This document shows, piece by piece, positions 32,606-42,597 of a DNA stretch of 64,000 bases. The notes under the pieces were generated by a model that did no database searches, was not told the origin of the DNA, and saw only the letters and a program-made list of their open reading frames with translations. The translations under genes were made by a program, and so were the position numbers. The stretch's first letter is position 1; the number at the start of each line of letters is the position of its first letter. This stretch comes from a virus: the IMG/VR virus record IMGVR_UViG_3300042691_051382. One strand, 5' to 3'.

Positions 32606-34534
32606 TTAGTTTGTTCCGTTGAATGGACTACCCGAAGCAGAATATGGATCATAACGGAAAGTTTGTGGCGAGCAAGTTACGGTAATATCTTCCAAATTTA
32701 ATATAAGAATCTGATTTCTTCTCGACAAAACATCATTCTCTTTGGGTATTGCAGAAAAAGTAATGTCGGTTTGCGTTTCGGGACTCAAATATTGAGGAAC
32801 AAAGTTTGAAAGTGTCACTTTTCCTGTTGTATAATCGATTGTTCCGGCTTGTTCATTAATATAAATCTTGGAACCTCCAACCAATTTATATATTCTGACG
32901 TTTCCGCTTCCATCGTCATCGATATAAGCATCGACATTTGGTTTTGGCGACGATGTGCTGGTCGAATCTTGATATCCAAATGCCGAAGAGGTCAAAATTG
33001 GAGTGTATCCATCGATAGGATGATACAATTCGTTGTCAAAATTGATTGTATAGTTGGTTATTGTGGTTAAATTTGGTTCCAGCTTCTTTTTGAGCGTCAA
33101 ATCTATGTTGCAAGAAATAACCGGAGGATTGTAATTGGTGTTTATGTGCGACACAAACAAAGATTCGTTGAAATCTCTATCAAATTTTCCTACATTGTCG
33201 ATGCCATAGATGTAAATTAAATTTTTGATGTTTTGTTCGAGAGTTTCTTTGGTCAAAGTGGTTTTGGCTGTGTTGTATTTTATGTTTATATCCAAAACAA
33301 GATACAAATAATCCGGATCAACCACCTCTGGTATGATAGAAACAAGATTTTTTTCTTTTAAAATGTTCTTTGCTATGGCAAGTTTTTGCAACTGAGTCAA
33401 TTTTATTGCATTTTTCGGTTTTATCGACAAAAACACTTTACCATAAATCGGTGGATCATTGTCTTCGCCACCCCACACAAAAACACTTTCAGCTTGTTCG
33501 CCATAATCTTTTGACAATATTGCTCGATAGTCTTCGGCAGTTACGGCACGCTCTTGAGCTTGATAGTTTCTTGGAGCATAATATTTTATGGATTGCATCG
33601 TTTCAGTTTCGCTGCCACCAAAAGACGATGTATATTTGCCATCGGTTCCGATAAGGAGTGTTGCTTGTGAAGCAGTTCTTTCGGCATATCTGAAACTTCT
33701 CGTGCTGGAAGTGTCGTTTTTACCGATACCATTCGCCAACGATCCGCTGCAAGTGCGATAAAACACAGAAATTACATTTCCGGGAAGTGGTTGTTGACCA
33801 ACAACTCCATCGCCAAAATAAATTTCGTATTGACCGCTAGAGTTGTACTGTAAAAAGTATACTTTGGAATCGCCGCCAACTTTGTTTATGTCGTTCACAA
33901 GCGTCCACAGTGTTTCGATTCCGGTGGTGTTGTTTATAGAATACGACACACGAACTTCCAACGATGTGGTATCAACGTTGATATCGGGAATTATAAATTT
34001 TTGATCGATATTAGAGTTTGGATCGTAAACGTATGTGATGGTTTTTACGGATCCTTCTTTTATTTCCACGTTTCTTGCAAAATAACGCGAACCTTCCGAT
34101 TCAACTTTTACGTTTTCGGTTGTTGTGAATATGAAAGTTTGCGAACCTAGAGTTCCGGTAAAACGGCTGCCGGATGGTATAAATTCGGTTCCGTTTAATA
34201 TACTTTGAGCCGTGGGAGTATTTACATTCAAATATTCCACATCCACATAAGCCACTGCCGATCGATACGACTTGGGAACATAGTTCAAGTGCTTGGCGAT
34301 CGAGACTACCGATGGTTGCAACAAAGCACTGTCTAAAAATGTTTCATTTGCCACCATGTTGGCATAGTAACTTTGATAGTGAGTATTGTAAGATAAAATA
34401 TCCAAAAGGATATTCAATCCAGAACCTTCGAAATCGTAATCTTTAAATTGATTTTGACTTTGAAGATACAGCTTCAAATTTTGTTTGATACCATCAAAAT
34501 CGAGCGCATCAATTTTAAGATTTGTTGTTGCCAT
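32606..34534 (-). CDS. gp6: Baseplate wedge protein gp6
   Basis: LDFDGIKQNL, DYDFEGSGL, IYFGDGVVG, QERAVTAEDY, VWGGEDNDPP.YGKV. Confidence 0.96.
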   Translation of the reverse strand: MATTNLKIDALDFDGIKQNLKLYLQSQNQFKDYDFEGSGLNILLDILSYNTHYQSYYANMVANETFLDSALLQPSVVSIAKHLNYVPKSYRSAVAYVDVEYLNVNTPTAQSILNGTEFIPSGSRFTGTLGSQTFIFTTTENVKVESEGSRYFARNVEIKEGSVKTITYVYDPNSNIDQKFIIPDINVDTTSLEVRVSYSINNTTGIETLWTLVNDINKVGGDSKVYFLQYNSSGQYEIYFGDGVVGQQPLPGNVISVFYRTCSGSLANGIGKNDTSSTRSFRYAERTASQATLLIGTDGKYTSSFGGSETETMQSIKYYAPRNYQAQERAVTAEDYRAILSKDYGEQAESVFVWGGEDNDPPIYGKVFLSIKPKNAIKLTQLQKLAIAKNILKEKNLVSIIPEVVDPDYLYLVLDINIKYNTAKTTLTKETLEQNIKNLIYIYGIDNVGKFDRDFNESLFVSHINTNYNPPVISCNIDLTLKKKLEPNLTTITNYTINFDNELYHPIDGYTPILTSSAFGYQDSTSTSSPKPNVDAYIDDDGSGNVRIYKLVGGSKIYINEQAGTIDYTTGKVTLSNFVPQYLSPETQTDITFSAIPKENDVLSRRNQILILNLEDITVTCSPQTFRYDPYSASGSPFNGTN

Positions 34535-34923
34535 TATCGATTTCTCGTTATGTTAAATGTGAAATTGAACGGAGTCTGCAAATTTATAATACTATAAGTG
34601 AGCGACACAGAAAAACTATTTCCATCTAAATTTGGCAAAATAACAACATCAAATAGTTGAACTCGAGGTTCATATTTTTTTATCAATTGTGAAACCACAG
34701 TTTTCATTGCATCCAGATGAAGACTCGATGTGTTTTCAAACAAACAATCGTATATTCCAGAATTTATTTCGGGATGAAATGGTTTTTCGTATCGTTTGAG
34801 CATCAAAAGATTTTTTAAAGATTTTTTGACGCTATCCGATTCGACAAATTGAGTAACATCATTCGTCAAAGGATGACGATTGAAGTTGAGGTCCAAATCG
34901 CGATAATTTACAATTTTTGCCAT
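34534..34923 (-). CDS. gp25: Baseplate wedge protein gp25
   Basis: YRDLDLNF..HPLT, EKPFHPE, YEPRV; start moved to ATG 34923 behind the promoter and SD. Confidence 0.9.
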   Translation of the reverse strand: MAKIVNYRDLDLNFNRHPLTNDVTQFVESDSVKKSLKNLLMLKRYEKPFHPEINSGIYDCLFENTSSLHLDAMKTVVSQLIKKYEPRVQLFDVVILPNLDGNSFSVSLTYSIINLQTPFNFTFNITRNR

Positions 34924-34940
34924 TTGTTTTCCTGTAATAT

Positions 34941-34948
34941 TATTTATA
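34941..34948 (-). promoter_or_regulatory. Late promoter TATAAATA (gp25)
   Basis: Exact consensus. Confidence 0.75.
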
Positions 34949-34952
34949 ACAG

Positions 34953-35234
34953 TCAATTACAGAAAACATTGTTGCTTCCTGATTCACATTTGCTGCCACA
35001 ATCAACAAGATCTCCGACGCGCCCGAGCTGTTTGTCGTTCACAAATACATTCGATGAGCCTTGAGCCAAATTTCCTGCATGGCAAGAATTGTTGCAGTGA
35101 ACCGCCCATGCATCTCCAACACGATGCGCTGGAGTTTCGTTCACGAACACATCCGGCGAACCTTGAATGTTTTCTCGACTAGGATAACCACCATGACCCG
35201 TACAAATATCACCTTTTCTGACTACTTGTGGCAT
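34953..35234 (-). CDS. PAAR spike-tip protein (gp5.4-like)
   Basis: RKGDICTGH, GSPDVFVN, HRVGD, GSSNVFVN, RVGD..CGS. Confidence 0.92.
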   Translation of the reverse strand: MPQVVRKGDICTGHGGYPSRENIQGSPDVFVNETPAHRVGDAWAVHCNNSCHAGNLAQGSSNVFVNDKQLGRVGDLVDCGSKCESGSNNVFCN

Positions 35235-35237
35235 ATG

Positions 35238-35423
35238 TTATCTCCAAACGCTAGAATTTTTCAGGAATGTGACCACTTGCCGCCACACTCCATTCACCTT
35301 CAAATACACCCGTACTTTTTTCCAAACGCCGTTGACCTTGAGCCAAATGCGGGTGTCAGACGACACAATCGGCAAACTGCCGATTTCTTCCTGTGCGCCG
35401 TCAAAAAATATTCTTCCGCCCAT
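35238..35423 (-). CDS. Small protein with three LKxxxVW repeats
   Basis: TAATG-coupled start; LKVNGVW twice plus LKNSSVW. Confidence 0.55.
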   Translation of the reverse strand: MGGRIFFDGAQEEIGSLPIVSSDTRIWLKVNGVWKKVRVYLKVNGVWRQVVTFLKNSSVWR

Positions 35424-36241
35424 TAGTTGTCGGTCTCCACTACTTGAACTTTCATACACGTTGTAGCGGTTGCGTTGCTACCATTTATCTGAACAAGCAC
35501 CAAACAAGCATCAGTAACATCAGGTATCCCACATGGCATACGACCTGTCACAAAATCGCAGTCGTTGGATCTACCCACTTCATCCACAGCAAACACACCC
35601 AAAGGTTTGAATAATGTAACTCCAAATGCTCCAGCAGTACCGGTTGTTGCGGACAATGTTACGCTTGCTACACTTCTGACTCCAGTATCGCCGTATTGCA
35701 ACGGAAGCATTATCATTCTAGTTGCTTCGCGATATCCAGTGTTTCCGATTGTTGTAAGAGGAGTGGTTCTACTGTTGGTTCCTGCTTGGTTGGTGTAACT
35801 TGCACTTACTTTTGTGGTTGTTGCTCCAATTTGAGTGTATATTGTCAATCCAATCATAACACCCACACCATCGGTATATCTTGTTAAAGATGCGGTTGGA
35901 AGATTGGTGGTCTGAGCTGTTGTGACAGTTCCGCTGAGACCACCTTGATGACTTAAAATATCAACCAACAAAAAATAACCGTTTGTAAAATAAGAGGTTA
36001 TATTTGCGCCAACAAGTTTCAAACGACGCGTACCAGAAACGGCTGGTATGGGAAAAGCGATGTTTCCGGTTCGCGAAAGTGCAATCGCAGTGGTTGGTGG
36101 TGTAGCGGGTACTGGTAATCCCAAAGCCCAAGTGTTGCTGCTTTTTCCTACCGATGCGGCGTTTCCGGAAATAATATATTGTTGCGATTCGATTTCGTTT
36201 TTTACGTAGTTTTTGTACGTTGAAAAATTTGAAATGGGCAT
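35423..36241 (-). CDS. Uncharacterised beta-rich protein, paralogue 3 of 3
   Basis: Shares LTRYTDG, YTNQ.G, GDTGVR, SVTLSATTG and FGVT; start moved to 36241 (TAATG). Confidence 0.7.
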   Translation of the reverse strand: MPISNFSTYKNYVKNEIESQQYIISGNAASVGKSSNTWALGLPVPATPPTTAIALSRTGNIAFPIPAVSGTRRLKLVGANITSYFTNGYFLLVDILSHQGGLSGTVTTAQTTNLPTASLTRYTDGVGVMIGLTIYTQIGATTTKVSASYTNQAGTNSRTTPLTTIGNTGYREATRMIMLPLQYGDTGVRSVASVTLSATTGTAGAFGVTLFKPLGVFAVDEVGRSNDCDFVTGRMPCGIPDVTDACLVLVQINGSNATATTCMKVQVVETDN

Positions 36242-37113
36242 TATTTTTCCACCGTAGTTAAAGTTCCTATGATTTCTGGCGCGGTTGTTGTGTTCCCTAT
36301 CCACAAAAAAGCAAGGTGAGCGTTGTCGTGTATTTTTTGAATTCCTGGTAAACCAGTTGCAAAATCTCGCCATCCCATACCACCTGCAACCGGGACATTT
36401 ATGTATGCCAACGGATGTGCTATGGTTATTCCAAAATTTCCTTGAGTACCGGTGGATGCGCTGAGTGTTACGCTTTTAACTTCTCGCACTCCTGTATCGC
36501 CGCTAGTTAAACCCAGAAAAATGACTCTCGACACTTCACGAAAGTTTGTTGCGCCGAAGTCTGCGGCAACGCTAGTTTGACCAGTAACACCATTTTGATT
36601 GGTATAATTCATGGTGATGGTTCGCGCAGTTGTACCTACGATTGTGTATATTTCTGCAAAAGCGATGTTTCCCTCACCATTGGTATAGCGTGTGAGTGCA
36701 GGCGAAGCGGGGTTGCCCTGAACTGTTTGCTCGGTTGTAGCCGTGCCGCTCAGATTATGATTGTGATACAGACGGTCGTAAAGAATCAGCGTTCCTGCCA
36801 CATGCGTTGATGCACTCGTGCTAACAAGCCATTTTTCTTTTCCGCTACTTGCATTTCTTTGTTTGAGTGCGCCATCGGATGTGTTGGTGGGAATCGAACC
36901 AACTGTTCCCGAAGCAGCAATATCAGCGGTTGTACCATGTGATGGTTGTCCAACATAGTTCCAAAGACTTGCGGGTCTTGCTTGGATAACACTAACTGCG
37001 GCACCAGCTGGCGTGTAAGCTTGTTTGTGAAAGAATATAGTTTCAGCACCAGATGTGGTGCCGGTTATGGTCATTAAATTCAATAAATCCGACAAATCTG
37101 TGATACTAGCCAT
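36241..37113 (-). CDS. Uncharacterised beta-rich protein, paralogue 2 of 3
   Basis: LYDRLYHNHNLSGT, MNYTNQNGVTG, GDTGVR. Confidence 0.75.
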   Translation of the reverse strand: MASITDLSDLLNLMTITGTTSGAETIFFHKQAYTPAGAAVSVIQARPASLWNYVGQPSHGTTADIAASGTVGSIPTNTSDGALKQRNASSGKEKWLVSTSASTHVAGTLILYDRLYHNHNLSGTATTEQTVQGNPASPALTRYTNGEGNIAFAEIYTIVGTTARTITMNYTNQNGVTGQTSVAADFGATNFREVSRVIFLGLTSGDTGVREVKSVTLSASTGTQGNFGITIAHPLAYINVPVAGGMGWRDFATGLPGIQKIHDNAHLAFLWIGNTTTAPEIIGTLTTVEK

Positions 37114-37114
37114 A

Positions 37115-37990
37115 TTAAGTTTCTACCATTGTTATGCTACCAAAAAACTCTGGAACTGTTGCTGTGGTTGGTATAAACATCCAAGCAAGACATGCATTGT
37201 CTAATATTTTTGGTATTCCCGGAACTCCAGTGGTGTAATCGCGCCAACCACAAACTCCTGCGCCATTTCCAGCAAACATAGCCAACGGATGTGCTATTGT
37301 TACTCCAAAGTTACCAACGGTTCCGGTTGTGGCTGTTAATGTCACGCTTTTCACTGCACGCACACCAGTATCGCCTTTTTTCAAAGGCATTGGTATGGTG
37401 CGTGGCGACTCACGCCGTGCGTTGCCTCCAATACCAGTCAATTCGCTCACACAACCAGTTACACCATTTTGATTGGTATAGTTCATTCGTATGGTTGTGA
37501 GCGTGTTGCCAATGGTGGTGTAAATCTCAATGAACACCATGTTGCCCACACCATCCGTGTAGCGTGTGATAGCAGGAGTTGGATTTGGGTCGCCCTGAAC
37601 TGTTTGTTCAACGGCTGATGTTCCGCTAAGATTGTGGTTGTGATACAATCGGTCGTAAAGAATGTATGTTCCTCCTATCGATCCCACACCAGAAGTTTGT
37701 ATTAACCATTTGTCGTTGCCGCTTTGAGCATTCGCAAAAGACATACTTCCAGTTGTACCGCTTGTTGGAATCGATCCAGTTGTACCAGAGGTTGCTATGT
37801 CTCCTGTGATGCCACCGCAAGGCACACCATCTTGTCGCCACAAACTCATTTCACGACCAGTCATAAATGTAATTGTAACATCGGTTGCGGTACCACCAAT
37901 AAATGTAGTTTTGTGAAAAAATTCAGTTTCACAATTGCCTGTGGAACTCGCTAAACTAATCAGTTCATCAAGATCGGCGATACTAGGCAT
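37115..37990 (-). CDS. Uncharacterised beta-rich protein, paralogue 1 of 3
   Basis: Same blocks as its neighbour. Confidence 0.75.
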   Translation of the reverse strand: MPSIADLDELISLASSTGNCETEFFHKTTFIGGTATDVTITFMTGREMSLWRQDGVPCGGITGDIATSGTTGSIPTSGTTGSMSFANAQSGNDKWLIQTSGVGSIGGTYILYDRLYHNHNLSGTSAVEQTVQGDPNPTPAITRYTDGVGNMVFIEIYTTIGNTLTTIRMNYTNQNGVTGCVSELTGIGGNARRESPRTIPMPLKKGDTGVRAVKSVTLTATTGTVGNFGVTIAHPLAMFAGNGAGVCGWRDYTTGVPGIPKILDNACLAWMFIPTTATVPEFFGSITMVET

Positions 37991-37991
37991 A

Positions 37992-38219
37992 TCAATTGTT
38001 CTCCCAATTCACTCCTCTGGAGATGAGGTCATTTTTGGCAAAGGTAATCACTTCGGTGAGTGAATCCAGATTCACTCCAGAAGCCATATCCGTGTTCATA
38101 ATTTGTGCTATACCATCCAGGTGAATATAAAATGGTTCTAAAATTGCGGTGAGTCGCCAATCGTGACGGTCGTCTTCGTATACTATTGCGGTTGGAGATG
38201 ATGAAACAATGCTTGCCAT
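37992..38219 (-). CDS. Hypothetical protein
   Basis: SD GAGGA; fills the gap in the operon. Confidence 0.55.
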   Translation of the reverse strand: MASIVSSSPTAIVYEDDRHDWRLTAILEPFYIHLDGIAQIMNTDMASGVNLDSLTEVITFAKNDLISRGVNWENN

Positions 38220-38228
38220 GTGTTATCC

Positions 38229-40013
38229 TCAAACTGTGTATTGTAAATAAATGTTTCCATCGGTTCCGCCTGACGGTTCGGCAGTTCCGCTAGAAATTCC
38301 AAGTGCCACAAAAATGTTGCTTCCTTGAACCGTGATTGTCATGTTGCTTGCGGAGTTTGCGGTAAGCGAAGGTGTTCCTGTGACTCCGTTGACGGATTTT
38401 ACATAGTTGCTTGTGAGGCTTACTGCACCCAAAGCACTCACCACAAACTCATCGCCGAAACTGGCAACACCCGTGATGCTACTGGTTGCTAGTGGAGGCG
38501 AACCTCCACCACCTGCCGATGAAGAAATAGTAATGGTGCTTCCGACTGTGCTTACGGTGACATTTGAACCTTGAGCAATCGTGACCGCACCCGTAACTCC
38601 GTTGACGGTTTTGACATAGTTTCCAGTAAGACTTACGGCTCCTGCGGCAGAGACCACAAACTCATCGCCGAAACTGGCCACACCCGTAACACTAGAAGTA
38701 GCGAGAGGAGGTGAATAAGACACAGCACCCGTAAGACTGTTGAATGATTGAACGCCTGTGTTTGTGACTGTTGCTACATTTCCCGAACGAGACACTGATA
38801 TCGCTGTTCCTGCCGCAACCGTATCGCCCGTCACTTGATACGCCGAAGCGAGGCTTACGGCTCCGCTTGAAACGCTAAAATATGTTGAGTTGAAACTGGC
38901 CACACCAGTGACGCTTGTGGTTGCCAACGGAGGAGCATACGAAACCGCACCAGTAAGACTGTTGAACGACAGCACGCCCGTGTTGGACAGCGTGACCGTC
39001 GAACCGAGAGCCACCGATCCACCACCGCCCAATCCAGTTCCCGCACTCACGGTCGCCGAGTTGTTGACAAGTTGAAGCGTGTCGCCCAAAATCTGAATCG
39101 TGGAACCGTCAACATTCACATTCAACGAGTTGCCAGATTTGCTGAGACCGCTACCTGCGGTGGTTACATCCACGCCCGTGTATTGTGTCCATACGATGGG
39201 ACTGGTTCCGAGTGTGAGACCCACACCCGAAGTACCAATCAACACAAAACCCGCACCGCCGTTGGTTACGCCTTCTTCAACATAAACCGTATCGCCACCC
39301 GCCACCTGACCAGGAATGCTGTTGTTGGCATCAGTGGCACGAATTAGTTTCCATTTTTGACTTGCGCTACCTGTGAGCGACACATAATAAATGCCGTTTT
39401 CTAAGGTGCTTGTCTGGTCCTTAACTAGAATACGGTCGTTGGCATCTGCTGTGTGACCATCAATTTGACCGATAAATCCGTTCGCAAGACCTTCAAGATA
39501 TGCGCCAACACCAGTGAGTCCATTGTCGTAGGTTGCACCAAGCGCAACTGTGGTGGCCACATGGCAGTTGGGGTGATAGTTAAGACCTGCGGCGATGTTG
39601 TCAACATAATACTTGTTGGCGGCATCATAGGTGTTGGTGGGTGTCAACAGGTCGGTAATCTTGTAGTTGTTGAGCGAAAGATTTCCGCTGATGCCCGTGG
39701 TGAAAGTTTGCTGTTGCGAGAATGTGTTGGTGGCGTTGGTTCGGGCGACATTTGTGAGACTTACCGCACCTGTAGAGACGGTGAAGTCGGACGAGTTGAA
39801 ACTGGCCACGCCTGTGACGCTTGTGGTGGCGAGAGGAGGAGCATATGTGACTGTGCCTGTAGTACCGTTGAAACTATTGACAATATTAGGTGCTGAAACA
39901 TTTCCACTAAAAGTAGCACCAGCAGCACTAATATTACGGTTTGAATCAATAAATTGATCGGCAGAAGCTCCAACCGAAAATCCGCCAACTGAATTGTAAG
40001 GTCTCAATCCCAT
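38229..40013 (-). CDS. Tail fibre-like protein with PPLATxSxTGVASF repeats
   Basis: DAANKYYVD, DRILVKDQ...ENGIY; four PPLAT(T/S)S(V/I)TGVASF copies. Confidence 0.75.
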   Translation of the reverse strand: MGLRPYNSVGGFSVGASADQFIDSNRNISAAGATFSGNVSAPNIVNSFNGTTGTVTYAPPLATTSVTGVASFNSSDFTVSTGAVSLTNVARTNATNTFSQQQTFTTGISGNLSLNNYKITDLLTPTNTYDAANKYYVDNIAAGLNYHPNCHVATTVALGATYDNGLTGVGAYLEGLANGFIGQIDGHTADANDRILVKDQTSTLENGIYYVSLTGSASQKWKLIRATDANNSIPGQVAGGDTVYVEEGVTNGGAGFVLIGTSGVGLTLGTSPIVWTQYTGVDVTTAGSGLSKSGNSLNVNVDGSTIQILGDTLQLVNNSATVSAGTGLGGGGSVALGSTVTLSNTGVLSFNSLTGAVSYAPPLATTSVTGVASFNSTYFSVSSGAVSLASAYQVTGDTVAAGTAISVSRSGNVATVTNTGVQSFNSLTGAVSYSPPLATSSVTGVASFGDEFVVSAAGAVSLTGNYVKTVNGVTGAVTIAQGSNVTVSTVGSTITISSSAGGGGSPPLATSSITGVASFGDEFVVSALGAVSLTSNYVKSVNGVTGTPSLTANSASNMTITVQGSNIFVALGISSGTAEPSGGTDGNIYLQYTV

Positions 40014-40028
40014 TTATTCAAAACCTTT

Positions 40029-41069
40029 TTATAGAGGTACAACTGCACTTCCTTGATACAATGTGGAGCGAACTGAAAAAATTGTTGAATCGGTTGATGC
40101 CGGTGTAACATACAAAGCCCAACTGTTGCCAGTGGCTTCAACAGCAAATGTTCCAACATTCGAACCGACAGATAAATTTGCATATTCCGAATAATCAAAA
40201 GTAATACCAACACCATCGTAAATAATCATGTATTTTTTGATGGTACTTCCGCTGTTGTCGGTTTTATAACCATACACAGTGATGTCTGCCGAATTCATGT
40301 ATTTAAAAGTTGTAAGAGTAGCAGTAGCACCATCAACTGTTCCGAAAGTTTCTTCTTCGCGATAACCTTCAACCAGCAATATTTTTGATGTTGATGTTGT
40401 TGTTTTTTGGTTGCCAATGGTTTCGGCAAAACTGACACCCGATGTGGTTCCCGAAGACAATAATCCAATTCTATTTGTTTCGGTTGAAACGCCACCGCGA
40501 AGAAGAAAGTTTCCAGTACTTGTTGAACTTTCTTTTGCAAGTACTGGACTCAAACTTACATTACCATTGATTACTTGAAACTGAGTTTGCTTGAAAGAAG
40601 CAACACCTGTAAGACTGTAACCTGCGACTGGAGGCGCATATGTTACAATTCCTGTTGCGCCGTTGAAACTTTCAACATAATTACCAACTGGACCTGTGGC
40701 TCCTGTGGCTCCTCGGTCGCCAGTTGCTCCGGTTGCACCTGTAACACCTTGAGAACCAGTAGCTCCAGTAGCTCCTGTGGCACCTGTGGCACCTGTGGCT
40801 CCAGTGGCTCCAGTGGCTCCAGTAGCTCCTCCACCGCCACCACCACCGCTAGAAGCAATTTGTATGGCTTGTCCAACAACCGTAACTGTGACGTTGGATC
40901 CAGCAGTAACTTCAACGGGTCCTGTTAATCCATTCAATGTGCTTACGCGAACTCTTACGAGTCGCCAATAACCACCGGTGTTGTTCCATATCCAATAGTC
41001 AGCGGTAGTTCCGTTTGGAGCATACACCTGACCATCCGATGGACCTGTTGGAAAACTTAATTCAGCCAT
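40029..41069 (-). CDS. Fibre-like protein with (GAT)n collagen-like segment
   Basis: N-terminal [13 protein letters not shown]; GAT repeats. Confidence 0.7.
   Translation of the reverse strand: MAELSFPTGPSDGQVYAPNGTTADYWIWNNTGGYWRLVRVRVSTLNGLTGPVEVTAGSNVTVTVVGQAIQIASSGGGGGGGATGATGATGATGATGATGATGATGSQGVTGATGATGDRGATGATGPVGNYVESFNGATGIVTYAPPVAGYSLTGVASFKQTQFQVINGNVSLSPVLAKESSTSTGNFLLRGGVSTETNRIGLLSSGTTSGVSFAETIGNQKTTTSTSKILLVEGYREEETFGTVDGATATLTTFKYMNSADITVYGYKTDNSGSTIKKYMIIYDGVGITFDYSEYANLSVGSNVGTFAVEATGNSWALYVTPASTDSTIFSVRSTLYQGSAVVPL
40692..40829. repeat. Imperfect 9-bp coding repeat (Gly-Ala-Thr)
   Basis: Arrays of tggctccag / tggcacctg / tagctccag. Confidence 0.85.
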
Positions 41070-41075
41070 ATAGTT

Positions 41076-41083
41076 TATTTATC
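41076..41083 (-). promoter_or_regulatory. Late promoter variant GATAAATA
   Basis: 6 nt before ATG 41069. Confidence 0.55.
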
Positions 41084-41091
41084 TAAAAAAA

Positions 41092-41322
41092 TTAACCCAC
41101 TCCAATCCAATTATCTTGATAATAAATGTAGAATTTGCCTTCTTCGCTGTTGTACCAAATCTTGCCTTCGTAGTTTCCGCTGGTTGGTTTGGTGGTGGAG
41201 ATTTCGGTGGCAACCAAAGTTGGCAGATACGCGTTCCAAGCCATGCCGTCCCATTGCCAATTGCTGTTGCCTTCTTGATATATTTGACCAACTGTTGGGT
41301 TGTTTGGAAATGCGAGTGCCAT
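41092..41322 (-). CDS. Small Trp-rich fibre-module protein
   Basis: SD AAGGAG; FPNNPTVGQIY..WQWDGMAW and GKIWYNSEEGKFYIYYQDNW. Confidence 0.65.
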   Translation of the reverse strand: MALAFPNNPTVGQIYQEGNSNWQWDGMAWNAYLPTLVATEISTTKPTSGNYEGKIWYNSEEGKFYIYYQDNWIGVG

Positions 41323-41331
41323 GGTTGCTCC

Positions 41332-42597
41332 TTAGATGATGTCAAACCAACTCAGGTCAACCGAAATATCGGTGTTTGACTGAAATGCTCGCATCGCAAC
41401 AGTCAGAACATCACTGGTTCCTGTTGATCCCGTGATGCTCGTTTGCGTGCGTCCAAGTTGAAAGTTGAAGTCGTTGATCGTCGATATGATAAGCGATCCC
41501 GTCGAGTCGAAGAATCCTCCGATGATGTCGGTTCCTCCCGTCAAACTTGTGGCGGAAAGATCGTAATCCACGTTTCCGATGGGATGCGTCTGCCAAGAAG
41601 CACCCGAAATCGAAGCATTTTGAAGAATACGATATTCAACGGTTCGTGTTCCCGCCGCATTATTGGAAGACGTAATGAGCGCACTGATGTTTGATGGAAC
41701 CACCACGCTGTCAAGACGGTTTTGGTTGAGTCGAATTGAAACCAAGGGAATCAGGTTGGTCGTGGAAATGCTGGTCCGAGGAATTCCATCGGTGCTTACG
41801 TTTGATCTGCGGCTGAAACCTTCGTATCCTGCTTCGCTCATCACCGACGAGCAAATCTGCTTCATCGTAGCACCAGTGATTCCCTGTCCGCCCACGGTTC
41901 CAGTGATTCCCGTTCCGATTGATTCGATTTCGTAACGAATCGGAAGAACCGCAGTGGCCATATAGGTTGTTGGATTGATGTTGTCGTTGTGAAACGTGTG
42001 TGCTATGACTGGACGACCATCCACAAAAAATCCTGTTCGTATATCGCCCACACCCAACCATTCAACATCCGTCCAAAAAATGTTTGCGCCAGTGACACTC
42101 AACACTCGACCGCTTGCACCGTTGCCGTCAAATGTATCGCCGTTCCAATTGGTTTGTTGAATGCGTCGAGTTGTGCTGTCAACGGTTCCTGTAACATTTG
42201 AGCGAATAACCATGTATGCGGTCAAACCGTCTTGCTCGAAATACACGCCATTTTTCTCGCCAAAATATCCCACTCGCTGACGAAGATTTTGGTGCGGTGT
42301 GTTCATCACGAATGTGTTCAAATTCAAAAGAGATTTGCCGGGTTGATATGGAAACACTCGTTTGGTTTCACGATACACCAACGATCCAGCCGTCAAGCCG
42401 ATTCGCATGTGTATGCTGCTTTCGTTGGGCATGTGATGGTGTGTTCCGCCGGTTGCGGTCAATGTGCTCCATTTGTCGTTTTCTTGATAACGATGTTGCG
42501 AATCAAAAAGTGTGAACGGTTGCGACACGCGCAAACGGCTAAACGCATCAACAGAATCTGCTCTGAATCCAACCAAATCGTTGAACAAGTAACTCAT
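41332..42597 (-). CDS. Conserved phage hypothetical protein, probably virion beta-sandwich
   Basis: [36 protein letters not shown]; start moved to 42597 (ATGA overlap). Confidence 0.7.
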   Translation of the reverse strand: MSYLFNDLVGFRADSVDAFSRLRVSQPFTLFDSQHRYQENDKWSTLTATGGTHHHMPNESSIHMRIGLTAGSLVYRETKRVFPYQPGKSLLNLNTFVMNTPHQNLRQRVGYFGEKNGVYFEQDGLTAYMVIRSNVTGTVDSTTRRIQQTNWNGDTFDGNGASGRVLSVTGANIFWTDVEWLGVGDIRTGFFVDGRPVIAHTFHNDNINPTTYMATAVLPIRYEIESIGTGITGTVGGQGITGATMKQICSSVMSEAGYEGFSRRSNVSTDGIPRTSISTTNLIPLVSIRLNQNRLDSVVVPSNISALITSSNNAAGTRTVEYRILQNASISGASWQTHPIGNVDYDLSATSLTGGTDIIGGFFDSTGSLIISTINDFNFQLGRTQTSITGSTGTSDVLTVAMRAFQSNTDISVDLSWFDII

